A stretch of 64,000 nucleotides of DNA from an uncultured delta proteobacterium (GTDB lineage Bacteria; Myxococcota_A; Polyangia; Fen-1088): the NCBI GenBank assembly GCA_963796685.1, contig CAWCMR010000015.1, positions 320,001-384,000 of the forward strand. Direction: 5' to 3'. Numbering within the stretch: the stretch's first letter is position 1; every line of letters begins with the position of its first letter. The notes under the pieces were generated by a model. It was not told the DNA's origin. It searched no databases and saw nothing but the letters and a program-made list of their open reading frames with translations. Shown here in pieces: positions 1-9,961 of this stretch. The translations under genes and the position numbers were made by a program.

Positions 1-68
1 CGACGAGCGGCAGGAACGAAAGTCTCCGCGTCGCCAAGGCCAGTCTACCCCATCGTGCTTCCGACCTC

Positions 69-815
69 CTACTCGCGGCGAAACCACACCAGGGCGAGCA
101 CCACCATCGTCCCAGAGAAGGTGAGGAGGACGGCAAGATCCAGCTCCACCGAGAACGGACTCGGCTGGGCAAGCGCGTGGCGCATGAGATCCACCCCGTA
201 GGTCACGGGGTTGAGGCGCACCAGAACCGCCATCCACGTGGGCAGGTGCTCCACCGGAAAGACGCCGCCGGAGAGAAAATAGAGCGGCATGATGACGAAG
301 TTGGAGATGATTCCGAAGCCCTCGAAGGTCTGCATGCGTGTCGCCAACACGACCCCCATGGCCGAAATTCCGAGCGACAGGATGGCGATGACGCCGAGAA
401 GGGCAAAGAACGAGGTCAGGCCGAGGTGCAAGCCGACGACGGGAGCAAAGAGGAGCGTCAGACAGCCTTGCACGATGGTGACCACGGTTCCCGAGAGTGT
501 CTTGCCGAGGACGATGGTCACCCTGGAGATGGGCGCGACCAAGACCTCTTTGAGGAAGCCGAACTCGCGATCCCAGATGATGGTCACGCCTTGGAACATG
601 CCCCCGAAGAGCACCGCCATGGCGATGGCGCCGGCGAAGACGAAGCGCTGGTAGCCGACGCCGCCCGCGAGCCGCACCGAGGCGCTGAGCCCCTTGCCCA
701 TGAAGATCAACCACAGCAGGGGGCGGGCGAGGGCCCCGAGCACCTGGCTGCGGTCGCGAGCGAAGCGCACGAGGTCGCGCCAAGTGAGCGCCCACATGGC
801 CTCGATGTCGTTCAC
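69..815 (-). CDS. ABC-2 type transporter permease (DrrB-like)
   Basis: Hydrophobic protein with DREFGFLKEVLVAP and NPVTYGVD motifs; GTG start at 815 overlaps the stop of the ATPase gene (GTGA). Confidence 0.9.
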   Translation of the reverse strand: MNDIEAMWALTWRDLVRFARDRSQVLGALARPLLWLIFMGKGLSASVRLAGGVGYQRFVFAGAIAMAVLFGGMFQGVTIIWDREFGFLKEVLVAPISRVTIVLGKTLSGTVVTIVQGCLTLLFAPVVGLHLGLTSFFALLGVIAILSLGISAMGVVLATRMQTFEGFGIISNFVIMPLYFLSGGVFPVEHLPTWMAVLVRLNPVTYGVDLMRHALAQPSPFSVELDLAVLLTFSGTMVVLALVWFRRE

Positions 816-1795
816 GACCGCCTCCGCATGCGTACCATCCGGCGCAGCACGTCCCGGTTCGACGCCTCGTCCGGACGGATCGAGTGTCCGGTGAGCGCGA
901 TGAACGCATCCTCCAGCGTCGGTTTCTGCAAGCTCAAGCGCCGAAGCTCCACGGGAAAGTGGCCGAGCCGCGCCAGGAACTCCTCGCCATTCGACACCGC
1001 GAACTCGAGCCCGCGCTCCGTCTCCTGCGGTTCGACGCCGAAGCGCGTGCGGAGCTCGTGCCCGGCTTTCGCGTCGTCCACCGTGGTCAGCGTCACCCGC
1101 TCCTCGCCTGCTCTGCTCTTGAGCTCGGTCGGCGAGCCTTCGGCCACGAGCTTTCCGTGGTCGATGATGGCCAGGCGGTCGCAGTTTTCCGCCTCTTCCA
1201 TGTAGTGGGTAGTCAGGAAAATGGTCAACTGTTCGCGCTGCCGTAGCGCATGCAACCGTTCCCACATCGCGCGACGAGTCTGTGGATCCAGCCCCGAGGT
1301 TGGCTCGTCGAGGAAGAGCACCCGGGGCCGGTGCAGAAGCGCCCGCGCGACTTCGAGTCGCCGGCGCATGCCCCCTGAAAAGGTCCGCACGCGCTGGTTG
1401 GCTTCGGAGGTCAGGCCGATCCACGCCAGACCCTCCTCGATGCGCGCGCGCCGGACCGCGCGTGGCACGCCGTAGATCATGCAATGGATCTTCAGGTTCT
1501 CGCGCGCGGTAAGACGGTCGTCGACGGCGGGATCTTGAAAGATGAGACCGAGCGATCGGCGAACTTGCGCCGGCTCGGCGACCACGTCATGCCCGGCAAC
1601 CCGCGCCAGGCCCTGGGAGGGACGAAGGAGGGTGCAGAGAATCTTGATGGTCGTGGATTTGCCCGCGCCGTTCGGCCCGAGCAGGCCGAAGATCTGCCCC
1701 GTCGGGACCGTGAACGACACGTCGTCGACCGCGGAAAGCTCGCCAAAACGGCGCACCAGACCCTCGACCTCGATGGCATGGGTTGCTTGATTCAT
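812..1795 (-). CDS. ABC transporter ATP-binding protein (DrrA-like)
   Basis: Walker A GPNGAGKST, signature FSGGM, Walker B LFLDEP; ATG at 1795 overlaps the upstream stop. Confidence 0.93.
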   Translation of the reverse strand: MNQATHAIEVEGLVRRFGELSAVDDVSFTVPTGQIFGLLGPNGAGKSTTIKILCTLLRPSQGLARVAGHDVVAEPAQVRRSLGLIFQDPAVDDRLTARENLKIHCMIYGVPRAVRRARIEEGLAWIGLTSEANQRVRTFSGGMRRRLEVARALLHRPRVLFLDEPTSGLDPQTRRAMWERLHALRQREQLTIFLTTHYMEEAENCDRLAIIDHGKLVAEGSPTELKSRAGEERVTLTTVDDAKAGHELRTRFGVEPQETERGLEFAVSNGEEFLARLGHFPVELRRLSLQKPTLEDAFIALTGHSIRPDEASNRDVLRRMVRMRRRS

Positions 1796-2415
1796 AGGGA
1801 GTCGAGGATCTCCTTGCAGCTCGCCGTGGTCGTCAGCCTGGCGAGGTTGGCCAAGGATCGTTCGTGGCTTTCCCGGCTCATGGAGGAAACGCAGTCGGTC
1901 ACGACGACAGGGTAGAATCCGCGCGCGGCTGCGTCCCGCGCCGAAAGCTCGACGCCCATTTCGGTGGCGATGCCGGTGAAGATTAGGCTCTTGATGCCAC
2001 GGTTCTTCATCATGAGCTCGAAGTTGGTTCCGAGGAAGATGTTCGCGGTGGACTTGTCCAGCTGGATATCGCCCGGCTTGGGTTTCACCAAGTCCGGGAT
2101 TTCGCGTTCCGGAGAGCCTGGCGCCATGAAGGGCGGGAGCCTGGCCGGGTCGTCGATGCGCAGCCTGCGCATCATGGATAGGATGCTCCAGCCCGATTGG
2201 TAGGCCGGAGGCAAAGGGGTGATCAGGGTGTAGACGACCGGCATCTTCCCGCGCACGCCGCCGATGAGAGTCTTGAGCGAATCCAGAAAGACGTCCTTGT
2301 TGAAAATGCGGTCGACCAGACCCGCTTGGACGTCCCAGACCACGAGACAGGCGTGCGACGGATCGACGATTTCCGAGAGGGTCTCGTACAGCTCCACTCC
2401 GTTGAAGGTTTTCAT
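1792..2415 (-). CDS. isochorismatase/cysteine hydrolase family protein (YecD-like)
   Basis: LVVWDVQ, DK, GIATEMGV..SARDA and VVTDC motifs; GGAGAA RBS before ATG 2415. Confidence 0.85.
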   Translation of the reverse strand: MKTFNGVELYETLSEIVDPSHACLVVWDVQAGLVDRIFNKDVFLDSLKTLIGGVRGKMPVVYTLITPLPPAYQSGWSILSMMRRLRIDDPARLPPFMAPGSPEREIPDLVKPKPGDIQLDKSTANIFLGTNFELMMKNRGIKSLIFTGIATEMGVELSARDAAARGFYPVVVTDCVSSMSRESHERSLANLARLTTTASCKEILDSL

Positions 2416-2438
2416 GGCGTTCTCCTTTTCTGGCGTCT

Positions 2439-4028
2439 TCATTCCAAGAGCTCGGCAGGCTCGGCGGCCGTGTGGGCACGTGCCCTGGACTTGGATGCGA
2501 GGAAGAGGGCGGGGATTGCGCCGGCGGCGACGATTCCCGCGCCGACCAGAAAGGCGTCGTCGAACGCCAGCACCGAGGCAGCGCTGGCGGCCGCACGTGC
2601 GACGAGGGCGTGCGCGAGCCTTCCCGCCTCGAAGGGCGACCTCCCGAGCGCGAGGGCGCGTAAGGCGAGGGCGCGCACGGCTTGCGTCAGCGCCGGCCTT
2701 GTCCCGTCGAGACCCTGACCCACCACCGCGAGGTGGAAGGTCGCCCTTCGGCCGAGAATACACGCCAGCACGGCGATGCCGAGAGAACCCGACACCTGTT
2801 GTGTCAGGCTCAACATCGACGAGGCCATGCCGGCCTTGGAGGTGGGGACGGCATTGATGGCCGCAGTCATGACGGGCGTGACCAGCAAGCCTAACCCCAC
2901 ACCACGAATGAGGGTGGGGAAGAGGACGTCCCACGTGCTGGTCGTCACGTCGAGCCTGCGGTACGTCCACATGAACCAGGCGATGAGCGCCAGCCCGACG
3001 AGGGTGGGGGCACGCGGTCCGAACCTGTCGGCAATGCGGCCGGAAACCAGCATGACCAGACCCATCACGAGCGCGCCTGGAAGCAGCAAGAGCCCGGTCT
3101 CGATCTCGGTCCGGCCCATCAGGTCCTGCAGGAACAACGGCAAGAGGAAGATGCCGCCGTAGAGTGCGACGGAGCGGGCCGACGTCACCACCATGGCGAC
3201 GGTGAACTGGGGCTTGCGGAAGAGTCCGAGGTCGAGGATGCGCTCGGAGACGACACTCTCGACGGCCAGGAAGAGCACGAACGAGACGCTGCTCACCAGG
3301 GCGCAGGTGACGACGTAGCGCGAGCTCCAGCCCTCGCGATTGCCGTTCGACAGGCCCAGCAGCGCGGCGACGAGAAAGGCAGTGAGGAGCACGAACCCCG
3401 GCAGGTCGAAGCCTCGATGGGTCTCGGCGTGCGGTTTGTCTCTGCGAAGGATGCGGGTCGCGGCGAAGAGCCCGACGATGCCGATGGGAAGGTTGATGTT
3501 GAAGATGCTCCGCCAGCCGAGGGTCTCGGTCAGGTACCCGCCCAGCGTCGGGCCGAAGGCGGGACCGACCACGACGCCCACCCCCCACAATCCGAGAGCG
3601 CGGCCTCGCTCCATGGGGGGAAAGACCTCGGCGATCATGGCCAACCCGGTGGGGGTGATGGCGCCGCCACCGAATGCCTGCAGCACCCGCGCGAGAACCA
3701 AGACCGGCAAGGTGGGAGCGAGGCCGCACAGGACGGAGCCCCCGACGAACACGGCCAAGCTGGCGAGGTAGAGCACCCGGTACCCCACGCGATCCCGCAA
3801 CCACGCGGTCAGGGGCATGAAGGTCGAGAAGCCGAGCATGTACCCGGTCACCACCCACTCGATGTCGTCCACGCTGGCGCCGAAGCTGGCCATCATGTTC
3901 GGCAGCGAGACGTTGACGATGCTCGTGTCGAGCGCCGACATGACCGTCCCCAACATGACGACGCCGAGGACGCGCCAGCGATATCCGTCATCGGTCGCCC
4001 CGCCGGGCGCTCCATCCGCCTGCCTCAT
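2439..4028 (-). CDS. DHA2 family MFS efflux permease (EmrB/QacA)
   Basis: LDTSIVNVSLP, GPTLGG, WRSIFNINLPIG motifs; many transmembrane segments. Confidence 0.92.
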   Translation of the reverse strand: MRQADGAPGGATDDGYRWRVLGVVMLGTVMSALDTSIVNVSLPNMMASFGASVDDIEWVVTGYMLGFSTFMPLTAWLRDRVGYRVLYLASLAVFVGGSVLCGLAPTLPVLVLARVLQAFGGGAITPTGLAMIAEVFPPMERGRALGLWGVGVVVGPAFGPTLGGYLTETLGWRSIFNINLPIGIVGLFAATRILRRDKPHAETHRGFDLPGFVLLTAFLVAALLGLSNGNREGWSSRYVVTCALVSSVSFVLFLAVESVVSERILDLGLFRKPQFTVAMVVTSARSVALYGGIFLLPLFLQDLMGRTEIETGLLLLPGALVMGLVMLVSGRIADRFGPRAPTLVGLALIAWFMWTYRRLDVTTSTWDVLFPTLIRGVGLGLLVTPVMTAAINAVPTSKAGMASSMLSLTQQVSGSLGIAVLACILGRRATFHLAVVGQGLDGTRPALTQAVRALALRALALGRSPFEAGRLAHALVARAAASAASVLAFDDAFLVGAGIVAAGAIPALFLASKSRARAHTAAEPAELLE

Positions 4029-5308
4029 CGAACCCGGATCCTGACCTCGACCGACTCGCCGGTCCGCAACGAGAGCAGCCGCGGGCTCGGATCGATGGTG
4101 AGACGAATGGGGATGCGCTGCACGACCTTGGTGAAGTTGCCCGCGGCGTTGTCGGCCGGAATCAGGGCGAATTCGGCGGCCGACGATTGCGTGATCACGT
4201 CGACATGGCCGGTGAGCTCACCTCCCTCGTCGATGGTGATGTGTGCGGGTTGTCCTCGGCGAAGCAAGCCCGAGGCGGTTTCCTCGATGTTGGCGGCGAT
4301 CCAGGCGTGTGCGATGTCGACGATGGTGACCGCACCTTGCGCGGGCGAAAGATAGTCCCCTGGATCGACGCTGACTCGCACCACGACCCCGTCGACGCTG
4401 CTCTTCAGGGTCATGCGCGCCAGGGCGACCTCGGCCAAGTCGAGGTCGGCACGCGCCTGTGCGGACTGGGCCCGTGCCTCTTCGACCTGGCGAAGGCGAA
4501 AGGCGACGCGATCCGTGCCGGCGCCAGCGTCGAGCAGTCCCGCCTTGGCCGACAATACCCCGCTTTGCGCGATGGAAATGTCCTCGGAGCGACTGCCGTG
4601 CTCGAGGAGATCGAGCGCGGCACGCCTGGACTCGAACGAGGCGCGCGCGGCTGCTTCGTGGGTGCGAGCTTCCTCCAGCGCCACCTGGGACACGGCGCCT
4701 GCGCGCGCCAGCCCTTCGGATCGGTCGAGATCGCGGCGGCCCTGGGCGGCGAGCGTCTCGGCCGCGGCGACCTCGGCGCGCGCCCTGTCGATCTCCTCGG
4801 CGCGCGCCCCGCGCTTGGTGCGATCTTCGGAGGCTTGGGCTGAATGCACGGTGGCCAGCGCGCGGCGCTCCGAGACCTGCGACTGGCGGCGCTCGATGCG
4901 AAGCTGGGCCTCGGCCTCCCCGACACGCGCGTCGGCAAGGGCCACCAGCGCGCGGGCTTTCTCGACCTGGGAGCGCTGCGAGGCCGCGTCGAGCACGACC
5001 AGCGGTTCGCCGGCATGAACGCTCTCGCCCTCGCGCACGGGGACACGATCGACCCGTCCACCCGCGCCTTGCGGCGCGACCACGATCATCGGGGCGGCGA
5101 CGCGCGCATCGTCCGTCGAGACGAAGGGCCGGTAGTGAAACCACCACAGCGCGAATAGGCCGGTCAGGACGAGCGCGAGGGCCGCCAGGACGCCGCGAAG
5201 ACGTGGGTGGCGGAAGATCGGGTGCTGGAGGACGTGGATCCCTCCGCTCGGAGCGGCGGCGCGCTCGTCCGCCGCGCTCTCCGCGACCGCGGGCTTAGCG
5301 CTGGCCAT
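4025..5308 (-). CDS. HlyD/EmrA family membrane fusion protein
   Basis: N-terminal TM, VSTDDA, coiled coil, GNFTKVVQRIPIR. Confidence 0.92.
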   Translation of the reverse strand: MASAKPAVAESAADERAAAPSGGIHVLQHPIFRHPRLRGVLAALALVLTGLFALWWFHYRPFVSTDDARVAAPMIVVAPQGAGGRVDRVPVREGESVHAGEPLVVLDAASQRSQVEKARALVALADARVGEAEAQLRIERRQSQVSERRALATVHSAQASEDRTKRGARAEEIDRARAEVAAAETLAAQGRRDLDRSEGLARAGAVSQVALEEARTHEAAARASFESRRAALDLLEHGSRSEDISIAQSGVLSAKAGLLDAGAGTDRVAFRLRQVEEARAQSAQARADLDLAEVALARMTLKSSVDGVVVRVSVDPGDYLSPAQGAVTIVDIAHAWIAANIEETASGLLRRGQPAHITIDEGGELTGHVDVITQSSAAEFALIPADNAAGNFTKVVQRIPIRLTIDPSPRLLSLRTGESVEVRIRVR

Positions 5309-5756
5309 CGCTGCCTTTCGCCAGCAGTTCGCCGCTTTCGACCCGCGCGGTGAGAAAGTCCCGGATCTTCGACGCCAGGTCCACGAAGACCCGTTTCTCG
5401 TCGGACGTCAGGGCGCCCGCCGTGGCATCGGCCAATCGCTTGTGCGCCAAAGCCAAGGGACCGAGCACGCGACGGCCGGCGTTCGTGAGGGATACCATCA
5501 TTTCTCTTCGATCGGTCTCGCTCCGTCGACGCTCCACGAGCTCACGCTTCTCGAGGTCGTCGAGCAGCCGAACCATCGCCGACGGGTCGCTTGCCGTGGC
5601 GCGCGCCAGGCATACCTGTGATACGGGACCGCAGGACGCGATCTCGCGCAGGATGCTCGCCTGCTTGCCGCTGATCTCGCCGGTGAAGGTGACCGCGGCT
5701 GCGCGCGAGACGGCTCGGCGGAGCTGGATGATGGCCTCCAGAACATTCGTTGACAT
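5295..5756 (-). CDS. MarR family transcriptional regulator
   Basis: LDDLEKRELVERRRSETDRR..VSLT winged helix; first gene of the efflux operon; start chosen at ATG 5756. Confidence 0.88.
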   Translation of the reverse strand: MSTNVLEAIIQLRRAVSRAAAVTFTGEISGKQASILREIASCGPVSQVCLARATASDPSAMVRLLDDLEKRELVERRRSETDRREMMVSLTNAGRRVLGPLALAHKRLADATAGALTSDEKRVFVDLASKIRDFLTARVESGELLAKGSDGQR

Positions 5757-5785
5757 AGCAATAATTGTATTAGCAATAATAGATC
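5756..5785. promoter_or_regulatory. putative MarR operator/promoter
   Basis: AT-rich island with TAGCAATAAT at 5756-5765 and 5771-5780, abutting the marR start codon. Confidence 0.45.
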
Positions 5786-5909
5786 TAGGCAACGAAGAAG
5801 GATCTGCCGCAGCGGCCGAGTCTTACGCATTGCGAATGGAACGAACCATGGGGGGCAGGGTGCACGGGGCGATTGCCTCGAGTCCGACCTTGCTGCACCA
5901 TGGATCGCC

Positions 5910-6407
5910 GTGCGTATTTTCCTGGCGATCACCCTGTCGTGTCTCACCTCCTTGGCCCTGCCGGCGTTCGCAGCGCATCGCGTGGCCGTGCAGCCCTTCG
6001 GTGGTCCCGAAACCGAACCCCTGCGCAGACAGGTGGCCGGTATCGTCGGCAGGCATGGCTTTCGCTTGCTCACGTCGCTGGCAGCGGTCAGTGGCACGAG
6101 CCAATACCCGGGCTTGGCCAAGGAGAAGCGCCTGTCCGCGTTCGTGGTGGGCGAAGTCGTCGCAACGGGGAAGCGCCTCAGCCTGAGCTTCCTTGTCTGG
6201 CAGGGCATCGACGGCAGCGTGATCGGACGTTGGGAGGTCGCCGGCCCCAAGAACAAGATCGGTCGACGGCTGGCCAAGGAATTCTGGAAACACCTCGGCC
6301 CCGCCATCGGGAAAGCCATCGCTCCTCCGAGCGACGTCCTGCCGCCGGCGCCCCCCATGCGCATCAACGCCGGCACGCCGATCGCGGATTCGGCCGACCG
6401 GATGTGA
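5910..6407 (+). CDS. hypothetical exported protein
   Basis: Signal peptide ending AFA, globular-looking body, Pro-rich tail. Confidence 0.7.
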   Translation: MRIFLAITLSCLTSLALPAFAAHRVAVQPFGGPETEPLRRQVAGIVGRHGFRLLTSLAAVSGTSQYPGLAKEKRLSAFVVGEVVATGKRLSLSFLVWQGIDGSVIGRWEVAGPKNKIGRRLAKEFWKHLGPAIGKAIAPPSDVLPPAPPMRINAGTPIADSADRM

Positions 6408-6419
6408 GCCGGTTGGCTC

Positions 6420-7517
6420 CTACTTTCGGCCGGCTTCGTACTCGCCGAACAGCCGGCCCCAGGAGGTGTCGCGTTTCCAGTTCTCGAAGGTCTTCTTGTC
6501 CTTCATCGGCCAGCGGTAGTAGTCGTGGTAGCTCTCGCTGCCGAACACGAACATGTGCACGAGCGGCGTGTGGAAGAAGAGCTTCTGGATGGCCTTGAGC
6601 GGGCCGAACCACAAGAGGTCCCCCACGTGGCTGGCCAGGTTGTCGCCGACGGAGAATCCCCAGCTTTCGCCCGCGATGTCGTCGCCGACGATCTCGATGT
6701 CGCGGGGATCGCCGACCCCCAGCTTGTCCTCGTGGGCGACGGAGATGTACTCCAGTTTCATGGGGTCGAAGCCCATCATCTTGGCCGCGACCGCGTCGAT
6801 GGCGACCTGGTCGGAGCTGGCCAACATATAGTCCTTGATGACGGGAATCATGGTGCGCGGGCCGGGGCCATTGCCGGCCGTGGTGCCGTCCATGATGGCG
6901 AAGATGCCGGAATGGATCTCTTTCTGGATGGCGAGCAGGTCGACGAGCGTACGGTGGATCCAGCTATGGGTGTAGTGCCTGCGCGTGTTGAGCAACCCGC
7001 CGAAGGCGTTCTTCATCGCGCCCGTCGTCGTCGTGTAGATGTGGCACTTGACCGTGGGCAGATGGACGATGTTCTTGCCCTGAAAGTAGTCGGGAATCAT
7101 GATGCCGTCGGGAAAGATCCTGGGCAGCACGTGCATGCGTGCCTTCGGTTTGTATTCGATCCAGCGCATGTCCGTCTCTTTGAAGTTGTACAGCACCGGG
7201 ATGTCGTACTTGCGGAACAGCGGCACGTAGTGGTTCAGATCCTCACCCTTGAAGGCGTTGGTCACCACGGTCTTGTTCTGCACGCACGAGATGTCGCCGA
7301 GTCCGGCCCCGCGCAGAGCCTGGATGGTTCCTTCCATCTGCCACGGCGTGGTGTTTGCTGCCGGAAATGGATAGTGCCACGAGATGTTGTCCTTCAAGAT
7401 GGTGGTCTTGCCCGGGGCCAACGCCTCCTTCATGCCCGCCAGCTCGCACAAACGCGCGATGTCGGTCAGGATGGTTTCGGGTTTACACTTGAGGACTGCA
7501 ACTTTTGCTTTGGCCAT
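6420..7517 (-). CDS. DUF362 domain-containing protein
   Basis: HLPTVKCH..TTGAMKN.FG, IMDGT..G.GPGP and DQVAIDAVAAKMMGFDP motifs. Confidence 0.85.
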   Translation of the reverse strand: MAKAKVAVLKCKPETILTDIARLCELAGMKEALAPGKTTILKDNISWHYPFPAANTTPWQMEGTIQALRGAGLGDISCVQNKTVVTNAFKGEDLNHYVPLFRKYDIPVLYNFKETDMRWIEYKPKARMHVLPRIFPDGIMIPDYFQGKNIVHLPTVKCHIYTTTTGAMKNAFGGLLNTRRHYTHSWIHRTLVDLLAIQKEIHSGIFAIMDGTTAGNGPGPRTMIPVIKDYMLASSDQVAIDAVAAKMMGFDPMKLEYISVAHEDKLGVGDPRDIEIVGDDIAGESWGFSVGDNLASHVGDLLWFGPLKAIQKLFFHTPLVHMFVFGSESYHDYYRWPMKDKKTFENWKRDTSWGRLFGEYEAGRK

Positions 7518-7713
7518 GGCTTCTTCTCTCGCCTAACTGATACCAGGTCGCCGTTCGCGCTGCCAGAGTCGCGGTTTGCAATCCAGCCCGCCCTGCCACC
7601 CCCGGCGCTGCGCGCGGCCTCGAATCGCGACCTCGACCGACGGCGCCAGATATGAAAAGGGCCTCCCGGCGTGATGCCAGAAGGCCCACAGAGCAGGGCT
7701 GTTTCGGCCCCGG

Positions 7714-8307
7714 CTACTTCTTCTCGGCCTTGGGGGCTTCGGCCTTCTCGGCCTTTTCGGCCTTCTCGGCCTTGCCCTCTTTGGCCTTTTCGGCCTTCTC
7801 GGCCTTGCCCTCTTTGGCCTTTTCGGCCTTCTCAGCCTTGGCTTCTTTGGCCTTCTCGGCCTTTTCGGCTTTCTCGGCCTTGGCCTTCTCGGCCTTTTCG
7901 GCTTTCTCGGCCTTGGCCTTCTCGGCCTTTTCGGCCTTTTCAGCCTTGGCAGCTTCGGCCTTCTCTTTGGCGGCCTTGGCCTTCTCTTCCTTTTCGGCCT
8001 TGGCCTTCTCGGCCTTTTCGGCCTTTTCAGCCTTGGCAGCTTCGGCCTTCTCTTTGGCGGCCTTGGCCTTCTCTTCCTTTTCGGCCTTGGCCTTCTCGGC
8101 CTTCTCGGCCTTGGTTTCCTTGGCCTTCTCGGCCTTTTCGGCCTTCTCATCGGCCGCGGCCGGCTTCTCGGCCTTCTCGGCCGGGGCCGTCATTGCGTGC
8201 GCGGGCTTTGCCGCGGCCGGAGCCGCCGCGGGCTTACCTTGCGCAAAGGCAAGCCCAGACAGCGGCAATGCAGCTGAAACTGAAAGAACCATAAGTAGAC
8301 GCTTCAT
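7714..8307 (-). CDS. exported low-complexity Ala/Glu/Lys (AEK repeat) protein
   Basis: GGAGG RBS, signal peptide MKRLLMV...AFA, about 150 aa of (KAE)n repeats. Confidence 0.8.
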   Translation of the reverse strand: MKRLLMVLSVSAALPLSGLAFAQGKPAAAPAAAKPAHAMTAPAEKAEKPAAADEKAEKAEKAKETKAEKAEKAKAEKEEKAKAAKEKAEAAKAEKAEKAEKAKAEKEEKAKAAKEKAEAAKAEKAEKAEKAKAEKAEKAEKAKAEKAEKAEKAKEAKAEKAEKAKEGKAEKAEKAKEGKAEKAEKAEKAEAPKAEKK

Positions 8308-8548
8308 CGATTGTCCTCCACGAGTGTGACGTTGGACTGCGGGCGCATCATACAGATGCGCAAGAGTATTTCCAGGACTAGTCGCCGAAACTTTCTGACC
8401 AGTGAGCCTTTTGGAAGCGGTGTGACTATTCGGCACGAGGGTGTGCAAATTCCACGCCTGCCTCGTCGGACGACGAGGATCGCGGATTCAGCTTTGCTTG
8501 AAGGGAATCGAATGTTCTGCGACCATGGCGGCGAAAGGTAGGCAGCGC

Positions 8549-9961
8549 ATGCGCAAGGTGAAGATCGTGTGCACCCTGGGTCCGGCAACAGCGGGGGTGC
8601 CTCGGCTGGTCGAGCTCATCCGAGCAGGGATGGACGTGGCGCGACTGAATTTTTCGCATGGCGAATACGCCGCGCACCGGACCATGTACGACGACGTACG
8701 CGCCGCCGCCAGGCAATCTGGCCGAGCCATCACGGTCTTCGCCGATCTGTGTGGACCCAAGATCCGCGTCGGCAAGATGCAGGGCGGACAGGTCGTGCTG
8801 GAAAGGGGCAAGACAATCGTTCTCGGCACCGGCGACATGCTTGGCACCTCCGAGCGCGTGTCCCACACCTACCTCGCCCTCGCGCGCGACGTGAAGCCTG
8901 GCGATCCCGTCCTCCTCGACGACGGTCTGTTGCAGCTGCGGGTCGAGTCGGTCAAGGGCGACGACGTGCTTTGTCGCATCGTCGACGGGGGCGTGCTCAA
9001 GGACAAGAAGGGCATGAATCTTCCCGGCTCGGCCCTTTCGGTGCCGGCCCTGACCGAGAAGGACAAGCGGGACATCGTTTTCGGCCGTGAGCTGGGCGTG
9101 GACTGGTTCGCCCTGTCGTTCGTGCGCGATCCGGGCGATGTCGAAGAGGCCAAGGCGCTCTCGGGCGGAATTCCCATCATCGCCAAGATCGAAAAGCCCG
9201 AGGCGGTGAACAACCTCGAGGCGATCCTCGAGGTGGCCGATGCCGTGATGGTGGCCCGCGGCGACCTCGGCGTCGAGGCCGGGAACGAAAAGGTGCCGCT
9301 CATCCAAAAGCGCATCTTGCGCGAGATCAAGCTCCGTGCGAAGCCGGCCATCACGGCCACGCAGATGCTCGATTCCATGGTGAAGAATCCTCGCCCGACC
9401 CGGGCCGAAGTGTCCGACGTGGCCAACGCCGTGCTCGACGGCACCGACGCGGTCATGCTGTCCGCCGAGACCTCCGTGGGCGACTATCCCGTGGAAGCGG
9501 TCCAGACCCTGGGCAAGATCATCGACGAGATCGAACGCAACGAGAACTACCTCACCGCGGGCCAGGAACGCCCGGACGTGCGCGAGCGGACGTTCTCGAG
9601 CTCTATCGCGGACGCCGCGGCGGAGATCGCCGAGGATCTGAATCTGGCCGCCATCGCGGTCTACACCGAGAGCGGCCACAGCGCGAATCTGCTGTCGGCG
9701 CAGCGGCCCCTGGCCAACATCGTGGCGTTCTCGCGCCACGAGACGATACTCAATCGCCTGGGCCTGCTCTGGGGCGTGCGCCCGCTGCACGGCGAATGGG
9801 TGCAAGGGGTCGCGGGCGTGGCCGAGCAGACCGAGCGCGAGCTTTTGCGCAACGAATTGGCTGCTCCGGGGGACAACATCGTGATCACCTTCGGCATGGC
9901 CCTTGGAAGCGAGCCATTCCAGACCAATGTGCTCAAGCTCCACAAGTTGAAGGGGCGGTAG
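8549..9961 (+). CDS. pyk: pyruvate kinase
   Basis: KIVCTLGP, RLNFSHG, IIAKIE, MVARGDLGVE, ATQML, PTRAEVSDVANAVLDG. Confidence 0.97.
   Translation: MRKVKIVCTLGPATAGVPRLVELIRAGMDVARLNFSHGEYAAHRTMYDDVRAAARQSGRAITVFADLCGPKIRVGKMQGGQVVLERGKTIVLGTGDMLGTSERVSHTYLALARDVKPGDPVLLDDGLLQLRVESVKGDDVLCRIVDGGVLKDKKGMNLPGSALSVPALTEKDKRDIVFGRELGVDWFALSFVRDPGDVEEAKALSGGIPIIAKIEKPEAVNNLEAILEVADAVMVARGDLGVEAGNEKVPLIQKRILREIKLRAKPAITATQMLDSMVKNPRPTRAEVSDVANAVLDGTDAVMLSAETSVGDYPVEAVQTLGKIIDEIERNENYLTAGQERPDVRERTFSSSIADAAAEIAEDLNLAAIAVYTESGHSANLLSAQRPLANIVAFSRHETILNRLGLLWGVRPLHGEWVQGVAGVAEQTERELLRNELAAPGDNIVITFGMALGSEPFQTNVLKLHKLKGR

Noticed and set aside
7533-8329. Overlapping Arg/Pro-rich and Ser/Ala/Phe-rich ORFs
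   Set aside because: Alternative-frame and antisense shadows of the AEK repeat gene
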